Counted from the first letter of the stretch, positions 40,101 through 49,056 are shown. The stretch: DNA of 64,000 nt from Candidatus Ozemobacteraceae bacterium (GCA_965140445.1 OZ223236.1:2624001-2688000), one strand, 5' to 3'. Notes: generated from the sequence alone by a model not told the origin. Translations and numbers: made by a program.

Positions 40101-41347
40101 ATTTTCATTACCGGGTCAGGTGTTTCAAAATTGGCTTCTGGGGGGAGTGTTTCATTTTTTAATGAAAGTAGTAGTTTCATCAAACCTGCAGCACCTGCTC
40201 CAGTTAAAAGATGACCAACATTTGATTTTACTGAACCGATAACGCATTTGTTTTTTGGAAGATCTCTTCCTTCCCATAGCTTGCGTAAGCTGGCGAATTC
40301 AACGGCATCTCCTTTTGGAGTACCAGTGCCATGGCATTCAATCAATTGAACATCTTCTGGTGTCCAGCCAGCCTGAGCATAAGCATCGTGCATCGCTCTA
40401 ACCTGTCCGTCAGTGTCAGGAGCCAAAAGGCTTCCTCCAACATCATTAGCAAGACCGATTCCTTTAATTACTGCGTAGATATTATTTTTATCTTTTAGTG
40501 CATCTTCAAGTCGCTTTAGAACAAAAATTCCAGCACCTTCACCAACAACCAGGCCATCTGCTTTTTTATCAAATGGGGCACAGACTCCCGAAGGAGAAAG
40601 GGCTCTTAACTGAGAAAATCCCATTTGGGTAAACTGAGATGAGGGGCGGGAAACTCCTCCAGTAAGAACCGCATCAGCTCGCCCAGAGGCCAATTCCTCA
40701 CTTGCAAGTTTTAATGCATAGAGAGAGGAGGCACAAGCTGCGTCCAGGGTAAAAGCTCCGCCTTTAAGTTTGAGAGCTCTAGCCAGAAGACCGCCGGGAA
40801 GTTCTGCGGAGAATCTGTTCTCTGGCGCTGTTTTCAGGGATTTTGTAAGTTCATCAAGACTTAAATTAGAGCCAGCAGCCCTTGCTTCAAGGATTCTGGT
40901 GAATACGTCTACAGTTATGGCTGAAGCGGTATCTGTCGGAAGAACAATATTAGCAAGAATAACAGGGAATTTTTCCGGGTCAATATTTTGAGCATTTGCA
41001 TCTTTAAAAGCATCTCTACCAGCCTGAAGAGTTATTGAAAACAGAGGGTCGAGTTTTTTTATTTCGCTCTCATCAATGTTTAAACCCGAAAAATCAGAAG
41101 GAATATTTCTTAGAAAACAACATTTTCTGGAAACAACCTTATCAAATTCTCCAGCTTTGTTGGAATGGAAATTGCCGACGCTTTCAGGCCATCTGCCTTC
41201 TGGCACTTCGGCCGAAGCAGATTTTGCATCGTTAATGTTTTTCCAGAAATCATTCAGGTTTTCCGCACCGGGAAAAATCCCACCAATTCCAACAACTGCT
41301 ATATCAAGAGGCTTCTTATTTTTATTCCTGCTACTATTGTTATTCAT
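34124..41347 (-). CDS. pfaBC: PUFA synthase fused PfaB/PfaC subunit: KS-CLF-AT-DH'-DH-DH'-DH
   Basis: KS DAACASS/HGTGT/GHLL; second KS-like domain without the catalytic Cys; AT GYSLG; active FabA-type motifs SHFSDDQVMPG and AHFYQDPVIPG, each preceded by a His-less pseudo-domain. Confidence 0.9.
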   Translation of the reverse strand: MNNNSSRNKNKKPLDIAVVGIGGIFPGAENLNDFWKNINDAKSASAEVPEGRWPESVGNFHSNKAGEFDKVVSRKCCFLRNIPSDFSGLNIDESEIKKLDPLFSITLQAGRDAFKDANAQNIDPEKFPVILANIVLPTDTASAITVDVFTRILEARAAGSNLSLDELTKSLKTAPENRFSAELPGGLLARALKLKGGAFTLDAACASSLYALKLASEELASGRADAVLTGGVSRPSSQFTQMGFSQLRALSPSGVCAPFDKKADGLVVGEGAGIFVLKRLEDALKDKNNIYAVIKGIGLANDVGGSLLAPDTDGQVRAMHDAYAQAGWTPEDVQLIECHGTGTPKGDAVEFASLRKLWEGRDLPKNKCVIGSVKSNVGHLLTGAGAAGLMKLLLSLKNETLPPEANFETPDPVMKMEESPFTVLKSPIKWEPLKKGQPRRCALSAFGFGGIDGHVLLEEWNQSSHKSTKKSAAEKPVEIAIVGIGTRAGRLLSLDSFQKAVFEGKPVKNEISDSRHPFKLNEKWVSEGNYFDELDLELGKFRISPAEIPEILPQQLLMLQTVDDALKGIKHSKEMAKDWGVYIGIGLDLESTNFAVRWKNNSKTASLKLSSKPLNEVKDAATPPLSNTRTVGSLGGIVASRVAREFHVGGPSHTFSSGENSGLSALESGMRALQRNEIDTALVGAIDLSGDLRNIICVDSVKPFSRKGGSVPFDNSADGSFPGEGAVSVVLKRLDDAIRDGDIIYSVIKGIGHSNAVEKNAPDKSSILSAMKKAYAEAELSPEITGLIEANGSGIPAEDLEEAKAINEFFPKKNVTDANRFKTNDQLCALSSAKSVIGYTGAASGLFSVAKASLSIFNEILPAFPGMISPIEPLEDRKDFLFTPDKPQYWLRNKVQGPRTASVNAFSVDGTCYNLVLQGFENDEKLNPNAIEKSAKKRLFPVNQSPETVFIISAESNDQLLKKLSALQNSFKSFDSLRESAFAWWQGNKQKKSDKVCISFVAQTFEEAAKRIAICVSHITNSPGKAFKPDLEINEKVFYTPTPLSGKGKIAFMFPGSGNHYLGMGVELGRMWPEHLRKLDKEFDLLAAQFAPKYVAPWRLSWEKGWEKDAEKAMIDDHNSLVFSHVSCCALVSDVVRSFGIEPEIVMGYSLGETAGNFSTRTWQKRDEMVRRMRKSNLFTSELIGEYNSARKHWGLKKSENVEWILGLINCPAKDVEQAIKEFDQAYILIVNTLDECIIGGNKPQVEELVKKLNKPFFPIDGVSSVHCPAAIPSSEDYRNLHVYDCTPMPRVKYISSGKGVVFTPEKEASADSILAQCIGKIDFPKCVETAYAEGARIFLEIGPRSSMTRMTNKILGDRPHFARSALMFGQSEQSTLLKFLAEVASHNITVDLAPLYVDLINKNETAPERKRPIIKVPVGRKIELKATAPVTKPISKPAAPVQISQPKPAITKPQPVQLPPKQAIVIPPKPMKEILPMQEKPEAVQIAYQSNNQTPQNSQASQNQMPMSNEDAFKISLLQQWQNTQMATSSAHEAFLKLANSNLSAQMQLLQQQIAIMEGHAPNAAFQFPTTISGSAPAENFISAPKTVVHADPNKMPPKYEGPLFMDREKSMEYAIGKIGKALGDYFAPIDQYPTRVRLPDIPLNFVDRMTLVEGEKGSLGKGRCVTQHDVYPDAWYLDNYCMPTGLAVEAGQADLFLSGWLGIDFKTKGLAKYRLLDAVVTFHGPLPRPGDVVNYDIKVDRFIRQADTYLFFFEFDGTVDGKQLITMRKGCAGFFTDKQLADGKGIVLTEEDTRLEPKQMFAGKEILPEMTIESYSDDRLDALRAGNLEAAFGSQFAGIDIIPQGIPSGMMKMIDRITEINPTGGRFGLGQIKAEIDIPVDPWFLTSHFSDDQVMPGTLMYESCMQSLRVFLLRMGWVSDYTKSAFEPIPEVQSQLRCRGQVIPGTKKALYEITIKELGYNPEPYAIADALMFADGNRIVQVLNMSIRLTGTNKTEIENLWLSRRGNQPVVAAPQAVTASVDPEMLPAIYTGQQILEYAIGKPSLCFGDKLKPFDSDRFLARLPNPPYLLVDRITAVDAEPFIIKTGGHVQGQFDIKPDAWFFKANRQTSIPFAIFLEFPLQVCGWYSCFMGSAFQSDKALHYRNLDGKATLYEDINVNSGTLTADIVSTKAANSAGMLIQSFKFTVKKQGRLIYDGETTFGFFAEEALANQIGIRGEEPYKATEAEKSRHVDFPLAVVAPLTPDDNNVEVMNGLTLPGKALLMLDNVSLFVPDGGPNGLGVIQGKKKVDPSEWFFKAHFYQDPVIPGSLGLESFLQLLKVAAIHRWGTELKDRACHFEPIALGVEHKWTYRGQVIPKDDMVTVDAVVTKIDDSTHTIFAEGYLQVDGRIVYGMKDFALRVVIDD

Positions 41348-44300
41348 TATCTGGCTCCGGCAAGGGTCCTTTGTTCGAAAGCCTTTTTAAGGTTTTCATT
41401 TATTACACATTCATAGCCTTCAATTCTTCCAATGACCTGTCCATCAGAATCGACAAAGTCAATTTCAGCTGATGCCATCATTGGTCCTGTCTTTCTGGCT
41501 TTGGCAATAATTTTCACTCCATTTTCGGGAAAATTTGCCTTGAACTGTCTGTAACTTGCAGCAAAACTTGGAAGTGAAGGAGCACCTGCTTCTTGAATGG
41601 TCCAGAGAATCATTAGCTGGAAGGCAGAATCAAGAGCTAGTGGATCTGCTGCCCAAGCGTTTTGTGCGGGATTGTCAAACCACTGTTCTGGTTTAACACC
41701 AGTTTTTATTTCTGCTCTGATACCATCAGACGACCAACCATTTACTTTTGTAATGGCTTGAAGGAACTCTCCGTGAAACAAATGTTTGCTGTAGACTTCA
41801 TTAATTGAATCAGGATAGATCAATTTTGTATCTGGATCTATAGCCTTTGGGGCAGTAGCCGGAAGCTTTTCAGCAAGAACAATTTCTGCTCTTGCATGAC
41901 AAATATATTTGCCATTCTTGTTGCTTCTAACCTCTGCTACAGAAGTTCCCTTATCGCCATTCCAGTTTGCCTGGGTGGCAAATAATTCGAGCTTTACTGA
42001 TTCATTTCCTTTCAGAACAAGCCCTTTCTGGATTCTTAAGTCGTTGAATCCAATAAAGGTAAGTCCTGCATTAACAGTCGTCGCAGCAAGTGCTAAATAT
42101 TCAGCTGCAACAGCCATAGGAAGAACTGCATCTCCATTTATGATGTGGCTTGTGAGGAAAGAAGCTTTATCAGCGCTGAGCTCATGCTCCAGCGCTTTGG
42201 AGAACTTTTTTCCAGGAGCCTGCACCTCCGAGGCAGTAGCTTTATCAAGCTCATTGTTACTAGTTATCTGACCAATTATACAGATCTCAACGTCTTTTTC
42301 ATTAGGGTTGCTCAGCTCTATTACAGGCTGCATTGAGCCTGATTTAAGTGGAATTAGTCCAATTCCCTCTTTTAAGAATACGCTCCTTAAAGAAGAGTTA
42401 ACCATTCCTCCATCCCACGGACCCCAGTTGAATGAAAGAACCCTGCATTCTGGACGCATGATACGTAGTTTCTGAGCTGTTTTGTTCAAAACTTCGTTGG
42501 CCATTGAATAGTCAACCTGGCCAAGTCTGCCAAATCTACCAGAGAAAGAAGAGAAAAGGATAACCGCTTTCAGTTCTTCTTTTAAAAGGGCTGAAAGAGT
42601 GTTTCTAAGGCCAATTACCTTGGTGTCTATAACGGCATCAAGCTGGTCACGAGTTTTGTCTTCAATTTTTCTATCGCGTAAAACTCCTGCACCATGAATT
42701 AGTCCACGAATGTTACCCATATCTGTTTTAACTTTTTCTACAATCGCTTCAACTTCTTTTTCGCTTCTTACATCCAATGAATAATAAGCAGATTTTGCTC
42801 CAGCCTTTTCAATTCTTGAAAGTGTTGTAAGGATTTCACGGTTGCCCATTAATCTATTGTATTCAGCTCCAAGTTCTTTAGGAGTAATTTTAGTAGTTGA
42901 GTTTTTAAGAATAGCTTGCTTGATTTCGGGCTCAGAAGAAAGATTCTTGAGCCATGCTGGTTCAGCTTCTGGAACTGGCGACCTGCCAAACAACGCCATT
43001 GAGGTTTGGAATTTTTCAGCCATAGTTATCGCAACTTCTGCTGTAACTCCACGAGCTCCTCCTGAAACAATTATCACATCACCTTTAGAAAAGGTTACAG
43101 GGCTACTGCCATTTTCAAATAGATTCTTTTCAACTTCTGTTATGGCAACAATTCCATTTTCAGAAATGCCAGTTTCTACAGCTCCCTCAAGAAGTAGCTC
43201 TTCTACAAGCAATTTTGCTGCAACATCGTTGTCTTTAATCTTGTTATCCATGTCTATAGCTCTGGATGTAACTTCTTCCCATTCGTGTCTGATGGTTTTG
43301 GTTATACCAGCAAATCCGCCCTGAGTTGGGTCTGAAGACTTGGTAAGTCCGGCAAGGCCAAAGGCACCGTCCAGTCTTGCCACAGTAGCGATTAGACCTT
43401 TATTCTTTCTCAGGTTTGTTCCTGCGTTCTGGGCTACAAAGAATGCATCCTTAAGAGTTTCTTCTGAGTCTGCTTTCCAAAGTAAAGCAGAGGATCGTTT
43501 TGGAACAGCGCCCAGTATTAAAACTCCAACCAGGTCAGAAGGCATTTCCGCACTTCCTGCTTCCTTCATACCTAAGATGAGAGAATCAAATCCTTTAGCC
43601 TTAAGTTCTGTTGCAACCGATTTTTCTAATCCGCTTCCATCGCCAGCTACAAGGAACTTTCCTTTTTTCAGATTAAGTGGAGTGCGTTTGCTTTTAACTT
43701 TTACCGCTTCAATAATGGTTCGCTTTAAAGGAAATTCTTCTGCTTCAACTACAGCTTCTGCAGGAGCTGCTGCCGTTGCTGTTGATGCTGCCGGGGATGC
43801 TGAATTTAAATATTCAATGATCTGGGCTATTGTGCGGAAGTTTCCTAGATCCCCAGGTTGAACTACTGGAGCATTTGGAACTTTTTCTTGAAACGCTGAA
43901 AGAATTTCTACTCTTTTAATTGAGTCAATTCCAAGATCAGCTTCCATATCCATGTTCAGATCGAGCATATCTTCTGGATACCCTGTTTTTTCAGCTACAA
44001 TGCTAATCAAATTCGATTTTATAACGCTTTGGTCAACTCCACCCGCGCTGGCTGATGCCATTGTGGGAGCTGGAGCAGTTGCGCCTTTAGGGCTTAAAAA
44101 CTCAATTATCTGAGTTAATGTTCTAAGTTTTCCTAGTTGGTCTGGCTGAATAACTGGAGCATCAGGAAGTTGTTCCTGAACTGCTGACATGATTTCAACC
44201 CTTTTGATTGAGTCAATTCCAAGGTCAGCTTCCATATCCATGTTCAGGTCAAGCATATCTGCTGGATAGCCAGTTTTTTCACTGACAATCTGAACAAGAA

Positions 44301-47300
44301 CTGGCTGAATATTACTTGATGCGGCAGTTGTATCTTGAACTGCTGGTTGAGCTGCCTCGGCAGCGCCTGCGCCCAGGAACTCAATAATCTGAGTAAGGGT
44401 TCTAAGTTTTCCAAGTTGATCTGGCTGAATTACTGGAGCATTTGGAAGTTGTTCCTGGACTGCAGACATAATTTCAACCCTTTTAATTGAGTCAATTCCA
44501 AGGTCTGCTTCCATATCCATATTTAGATCAAGCATATCAGCGGGATAACCTGTTTTCTCGCTAACAATCTGGACTAGAACTGGCTGGATATTACCCGCTG
44601 CAGGGGCCGCTTGAACAACTTGAGGAGCCTGAGTCGCGGGTGCATTTGCGCCAAGGAAGTCCAGAATCTGAGCTAAAGTTCTAAGTTTACCAAGTTGGTC
44701 GGGTTGAATAACTGGAGCGTCTGGTAATCGTTCCTGCATAGCGGACATGATTTCAACTCTTTTGATTGAGTCGATTCCAAGGTCTGCTTCCATATCCATA
44801 TCAAGATTGAGCATATCTGCAGGGTATCCGGTTTTTTCACTTACGATTTCAATTAATACCGGTTGAATATTGTTTGCCACTGGTGCAGCTGAAGTTACTG
44901 CTGGAGCCGCTGTTGCCGGCAAAGAAGATGCAAGATGCTCAATAATCTGGGAGAGAGTTCTTAGTTTTCCAAGTTGATCGGGTTGAACAACTGGGGCTTC
45001 TGGCATTTTTTCCTGCATGGAAGACATGATTTCTACTCTTTTGATTGAGTCGATACCAAGATCGGCTTCCATATCCATTTCCATGTTCAACATATCTCTT
45101 GGATAGCCTGTTTTTTCTGAAACAACTTCCAGAAGGGCTGTTTCAATTGCCTGGGCACTGACTCCGCTTGCAGCAGGTGCTGGTTGTGCAGAGGCAGCTG
45201 ATGATGGCTGACCTTGATTTAAATGTTCAAGAATCTGGGCCAGAGTTCTAAGTTTTCCAAGTTGATCCGGTTGAACTACAGGAGCCTCAGGAAGTTTTTC
45301 CTGCATTGCGGACATGATTTCAACTCTTTTGATTGAATCAATTCCAAGGTCGGCTTCCATGTCCATATTGAGGTCTAACATTTCTTTTGGATAGCCTGTT
45401 TTTTCACTAACAATATCAATCAGCACTGATTTAATTTTATCAACAGCTGGAGAGGCTTTTGGTGCTTGTGTAGTTGCACTTGGAGCTGGTGCAGGTTTTG
45501 CAGCCTGTGGTTTTGGAGCTATTGGCTGTGCTGTTACAGGCTGTGGAGCCTGGTAAGTTGGAGCTACAGGAACTGGCTGAATCAACTGAGCAGGTGCTGT
45601 TGGCATATTTATCTGCTGTGGCTGATAGTTCTGAGGAGCGGCCATAGGAGTTCCCATTACAAGATTTTGAATGGCCATTTGTGCTTGTTCCTGACCTTCA
45701 AGGAATCTTTTATGCAATTCTGCGGTTTGCTGCTGCATTGCTTGAAGGGCGGACAATGTTTGCTGAGCAACATTTAAATTGAGTGATGAGCCTGCGTTAA
45801 TTGTTGGATATGTTTGTGCCGCAGGAGCCATTTGCCTTTGTGGCTGAGCCTGAACTTGCGGCTGCTGTACAGAAACTGAAGGCTGAGGTGGTGTATGAGA
45901 AATCGCTGGAGCTGAAGGAGCTTTTGGTGCTTGAACGGCCGGAGCTGCTTTTGTAGCGTCTGAGGCTCTAACAACAGTTCTGGCAGGAGCTTTTTTGGGA
46001 ACTTCTTTTCTTGGAGTGCGATAATTGCAACCATAGAGAGGGAAGGTGAATTTTGGCTTGGGCGTTGATTCAACTTTCTGGATAAACGCTTCTCCGTCAT
46101 GCCATGCTTTAAGGTCTAATTCATATCCCATAGCTGAAAGCTGTGCAAGGGCTCTAGCAAGATCTATAGAAGCATTTCTTTTGCCGGCTGAGGAATCAAG
46201 AGCAATTGTTTCAAATTCTCTGCCTTTAAGAATTGCTTTAACAAGGCCGATCATTTTTCCGCCAGGTCCAATTTCTATGAAGTTTTTAATGCCATCTGCA
46301 TACATTCGCTCAATGATTTCCACGAAACGAACCTGATTGGCCAGTTGGAAACCGAGTAGCTTTTTGATTTCATCTGCTTTTTCAGGATACAACTCGGAAG
46401 TTGTATTCGAATAAACCGGCAGTTGGCATTTAGATATTTTTTCATTTTTCAGGAATTTATGGAATGGCTCTGCTGCATCAGCAACAAATTTGCTGTGAAA
46501 TGCGCCAGCTACTTTTAGTATTGTTCCTCTTAATTTCCTTGCTTTAAAAACTTTTTGAGACTTTTGAATTTCTTCTGTTGCTCCAGACAAAACAACCTGA
46601 GTCGGAGAGTTGTGGTTGGCAACAACAAGATCGAGTTTTTCTTCGGCAATAATATTTTCAATTTCTTTTCTATCGCCAGAAATTGCGATCATTCCGCCTC
46701 TGTCACCTTCTCCTGAAGCCATTAATTCTCCACGTTTCTTAGACAGACGGGCGAGAGTCGCTGAGTCAAATGCTCCTGCAGCGCAAAGACTTGTGAGTTC
46801 TCCATAAGAATGTCCTGCAAAAGCTGCTGGTTTAAGGCCAAGTTTCTCCATCAGTCTGTATGCACCAAGAGATGTTGCTCCAATGGCTGGTTGGGCTATT
46901 TGTGTGGCTTTAAGCAATTCTTCGTTTTGCTTATCTTTTTCTTCATCGTAGGTAGGGATTGGATATACACAATCAACCAGACGTTTGCCTGATTCATGGG
47001 CTTCACCAACTTCGTTATCAGCTTCTACAAGAGTTTCAAAGAATTCAGGGCTGAGACATGCCAGTTCAAGACACATGTTTGTGTATTGAGCTCCCTGACC
47101 AGGGAAAATAACTCCAAGCTTTTCAGTGTTTTCCATAGAGCTAAAGTAAGCTCCATTAGGAAGAGAAAAAGATTTAACATCATCTTTTTGAAGCTGAGCT
47201 TCAATATCATTTGCGAGTTTAGTCAGGTCAGCCTGAGCATTTTCAGCTACAAAACAAAGTCTAAAGGCGGCTTTGTGATTAAAAGTTGATCGACTCTTAG

Positions 47301-48834
47301 CGGCTGCAAGGCGAATTTCTTCTGGAGTCTTGAGAGATTTTACCGAGTTTAAAGCTCCTAAAATTGCAGCTTTATTGTCTCCAGCGAAGGAGAAAATTTC
47401 AACTCCACGTGTCCAGTCGTAAGTTTTTTTGGTGGGCTCATATTCTGAAAGAATTACGTGATAGTTACTTCCACCAAAGCCCAGTGAACTAACTGCTGCA
47501 TAACGCTTTTTGCCTTTTTCAAGAATCCAGGGGCGAGACTTATCTGGAAGGAAAAATGGTGTTTTTTCATTTTGAAGCACTGAAGATGGTTTGTTAACCT
47601 TTATCATTGGAGGAATTATCTTATGATAAAGTGCGGCTGCGGCTTTTAAAATTCCTGCTGAACCGGCAGCTGCTTTGGTGTGTCCAATTTGTGATTTTAC
47701 GGAACCAAGTGCACACCAGGGTTTTCCTGGTTCTGCGAAACCATAAACGGTATGAAGAGCGTTTACCTCAACTTCATCGCCAGCTCTTGTCCCTGTTCCA
47801 TGTGCTTCAATCATGGTGATATCTTTTGGTGTGATTCCGGCGTGTTCGTATGCTCTTAATAGAGCTTTTTCCTGGCCTTTTTCACTTGGCGCATAGATAG
47901 CTTTTCCTTTTCCATCACTGGAAGTTCCAACTGCATTTATTAGAGCATAAATTTTATCCCCATCTTTTTCAGCATCGCTTAGACGCTTTAAGACTGCCAT
48001 ACCAATGCCTTCGCCGAGGATAGTTCCATCATTTTCATCACTAAATGGTCTTGCGTGACCAGTTGATGACAAAGCAGGTGTCTTACAGAAGCACATATAC
48101 ATGAAAATATCATTGAATGTGTCTACGCCACCAGTGATCGCCATGTCTGTTTTGCCGGTCCAGAGCTCCATTGCTGCAAGGTTTAAAGCACTTAGTGCAC
48201 TACCGCAAGCCGCGTCGACAACACAGTTTGTGCCACCCAGATCAAGGCGATTGGCTACACGGCCAGCGGCAACGTTCCCCAAAAGCCCGGGGAAAGAGTT
48301 TTCCTGCCAGGAAACATAAGAATTGCCAATGTTTTCTACAACTTCTTCTGAAATTTCTTTGGAAATTCCAGCGGCTTCCATGGCTTTGCGCCAAATTGGG
48401 TGTCCGAGCCTGGCTCCAAGAGGAATAACGGCTTCAAGAGTTCCTGTTAAGCCAAGAACTACGCTGACATTGTCCCGGTTAAAGTCCCTTTTTGGTCCGT
48501 AGCCGGCGTCAACCATTGCTCCTTGAGCGACGATGAGACTTAAAAGTTGTGAAGTATCAATTGCTTCCATATCAGATGGAGCTATTCCCCATTCGCTGGG
48601 GTTAAAGTCTACTTTATCCAGAAATCCACCAGTTGTTGCGTATACCTTATCTGGTGCCTTTTTATCGGAATCATAGTAATCTTCAGCATTCCAGTGGGTT
48701 TTAGGAACCTCTGTTATGGCGTCAACCTTTTCTTTAATGTTTGCCCAATAATCTTCGAGACTTTGAGCTTTTGGATAGAGGCAGCTCATTCCTACGATTG
48801 CAAGTGGTTCAAGAGTTTGATTTTTTCGCTTCAT
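41347..48834 (-). CDS. pfaA: PUFA synthase PfaA subunit: KS-MAT-6xACP-KR-DH
   Basis: ENSFPG.LGNV, DAACGS, HGTGT, GHTK; GHSYG, AFHS; six DLGIDSIKRVEI; GGARG, HGAGVLRD, YSMAN; HIINGDAVLP. Confidence 0.95.
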   Translation of the reverse strand: MKRKNQTLEPLAIVGMSCLYPKAQSLEDYWANIKEKVDAITEVPKTHWNAEDYYDSDKKAPDKVYATTGGFLDKVDFNPSEWGIAPSDMEAIDTSQLLSLIVAQGAMVDAGYGPKRDFNRDNVSVVLGLTGTLEAVIPLGARLGHPIWRKAMEAAGISKEISEEVVENIGNSYVSWQENSFPGLLGNVAAGRVANRLDLGGTNCVVDAACGSALSALNLAAMELWTGKTDMAITGGVDTFNDIFMYMCFCKTPALSSTGHARPFSDENDGTILGEGIGMAVLKRLSDAEKDGDKIYALINAVGTSSDGKGKAIYAPSEKGQEKALLRAYEHAGITPKDITMIEAHGTGTRAGDEVEVNALHTVYGFAEPGKPWCALGSVKSQIGHTKAAAGSAGILKAAAALYHKIIPPMIKVNKPSSVLQNEKTPFFLPDKSRPWILEKGKKRYAAVSSLGFGGSNYHVILSEYEPTKKTYDWTRGVEIFSFAGDNKAAILGALNSVKSLKTPEEIRLAAAKSRSTFNHKAAFRLCFVAENAQADLTKLANDIEAQLQKDDVKSFSLPNGAYFSSMENTEKLGVIFPGQGAQYTNMCLELACLSPEFFETLVEADNEVGEAHESGKRLVDCVYPIPTYDEEKDKQNEELLKATQIAQPAIGATSLGAYRLMEKLGLKPAAFAGHSYGELTSLCAAGAFDSATLARLSKKRGELMASGEGDRGGMIAISGDRKEIENIIAEEKLDLVVANHNSPTQVVLSGATEEIQKSQKVFKARKLRGTILKVAGAFHSKFVADAAEPFHKFLKNEKISKCQLPVYSNTTSELYPEKADEIKKLLGFQLANQVRFVEIIERMYADGIKNFIEIGPGGKMIGLVKAILKGREFETIALDSSAGKRNASIDLARALAQLSAMGYELDLKAWHDGEAFIQKVESTPKPKFTFPLYGCNYRTPRKEVPKKAPARTVVRASDATKAAPAVQAPKAPSAPAISHTPPQPSVSVQQPQVQAQPQRQMAPAAQTYPTINAGSSLNLNVAQQTLSALQAMQQQTAELHKRFLEGQEQAQMAIQNLVMGTPMAAPQNYQPQQINMPTAPAQLIQPVPVAPTYQAPQPVTAQPIAPKPQAAKPAPAPSATTQAPKASPAVDKIKSVLIDIVSEKTGYPKEMLDLNMDMEADLGIDSIKRVEIMSAMQEKLPEAPVVQPDQLGKLRTLAQILEHLNQGQPSSAASAQPAPAASGVSAQAIETALLEVVSEKTGYPRDMLNMEMDMEADLGIDSIKRVEIMSSMQEKMPEAPVVQPDQLGKLRTLSQIIEHLASSLPATAAPAVTSAAPVANNIQPVLIEIVSEKTGYPADMLNLDMDMEADLGIDSIKRVEIMSAMQERLPDAPVIQPDQLGKLRTLAQILDFLGANAPATQAPQVVQAAPAAGNIQPVLVQIVSEKTGYPADMLDLNMDMEADLGIDSIKRVEIMSAVQEQLPNAPVIQPDQLGKLRTLTQIIEFLGAGAAEAAQPAVQDTTAASSNIQPVLVQIVSEKTGYPADMLDLNMDMEADLGIDSIKRVEIMSAVQEQLPDAPVIQPDQLGKLRTLTQIIEFLSPKGATAPAPTMASASAGGVDQSVIKSNLISIVAEKTGYPEDMLDLNMDMEADLGIDSIKRVEILSAFQEKVPNAPVVQPGDLGNFRTIAQIIEYLNSASPAASTATAAAPAEAVVEAEEFPLKRTIIEAVKVKSKRTPLNLKKGKFLVAGDGSGLEKSVATELKAKGFDSLILGMKEAGSAEMPSDLVGVLILGAVPKRSSALLWKADSEETLKDAFFVAQNAGTNLRKNKGLIATVARLDGAFGLAGLTKSSDPTQGGFAGITKTIRHEWEEVTSRAIDMDNKIKDNDVAAKLLVEELLLEGAVETGISENGIVAITEVEKNLFENGSSPVTFSKGDVIIVSGGARGVTAEVAITMAEKFQTSMALFGRSPVPEAEPAWLKNLSSEPEIKQAILKNSTTKITPKELGAEYNRLMGNREILTTLSRIEKAGAKSAYYSLDVRSEKEVEAIVEKVKTDMGNIRGLIHGAGVLRDRKIEDKTRDQLDAVIDTKVIGLRNTLSALLKEELKAVILFSSFSGRFGRLGQVDYSMANEVLNKTAQKLRIMRPECRVLSFNWGPWDGGMVNSSLRSVFLKEGIGLIPLKSGSMQPVIELSNPNEKDVEICIIGQITSNNELDKATASEVQAPGKKFSKALEHELSADKASFLTSHIINGDAVLPMAVAAEYLALAATTVNAGLTFIGFNDLRIQKGLVLKGNESVKLELFATQANWNGDKGTSVAEVRSNKNGKYICHARAEIVLAEKLPATAPKAIDPDTKLIYPDSINEVYSKHLFHGEFLQAITKVNGWSSDGIRAEIKTGVKPEQWFDNPAQNAWAADPLALDSAFQLMILWTIQEAGAPSLPSFAASYRQFKANFPENGVKIIAKARKTGPMMASAEIDFVDSDGQVIGRIEGYECVINENLKKAFEQRTLAGAR
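43805..45430 (-). repeat. Six tandem ACP-domain repeats with Ala/Pro/Gln linkers
   Basis: Six near-identical EKTGYP..ML...MDMEADLGIDSIKRVEI units spaced about 280-290 bp apart. Confidence 0.95.
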
Positions 48835-48882
48835 AACCGGTCACCTATATTTATTTCAGAATTTTATAAGATACAATATGAC

Positions 48883-48962
48883 AGGATTGCCGAAGCCGCT
48901 TTAAGCAGTAAACAATGGTTTTACCATTGTAATAGCCACGTTGCGCGGGTTTCGGTAATCTT
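48883..48962. other. Multi-branched inverted-repeat element upstream of pfaA
   Basis: Outer stem AGGATTGCCGAAGCC/GGTTTCGGTAATCTT encloses GCTTTAAGC, ACAATGGT-TTT-ACCATTGT and CCACG-TTG-CGCGG hairpins. Confidence 0.5.
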
Positions 48963-49056
48963 CAAATTGCTATTTATTTGCTAGGATACTAACACGTATT
49001 GGATACTTTTTCGAGTTTTATTTAAGTTGAAAAGGTTGTACCCCAAAAAAAAGAAA

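Noticed and set aside
43805..45430. CRISPR-like or mobile direct repeats
   Set aside because: The repeats are in-frame ACP domains with codon-level variation; no cas genes are present
48883..48962. tRNA gene (cloverleaf-like fold)
   Set aside because: No D-loop GG or T-loop TTC-R-A-A-T pattern in the right positions, no 7-nt anticodon loop, and the outer stem is too long; kept only as an unknown structured element
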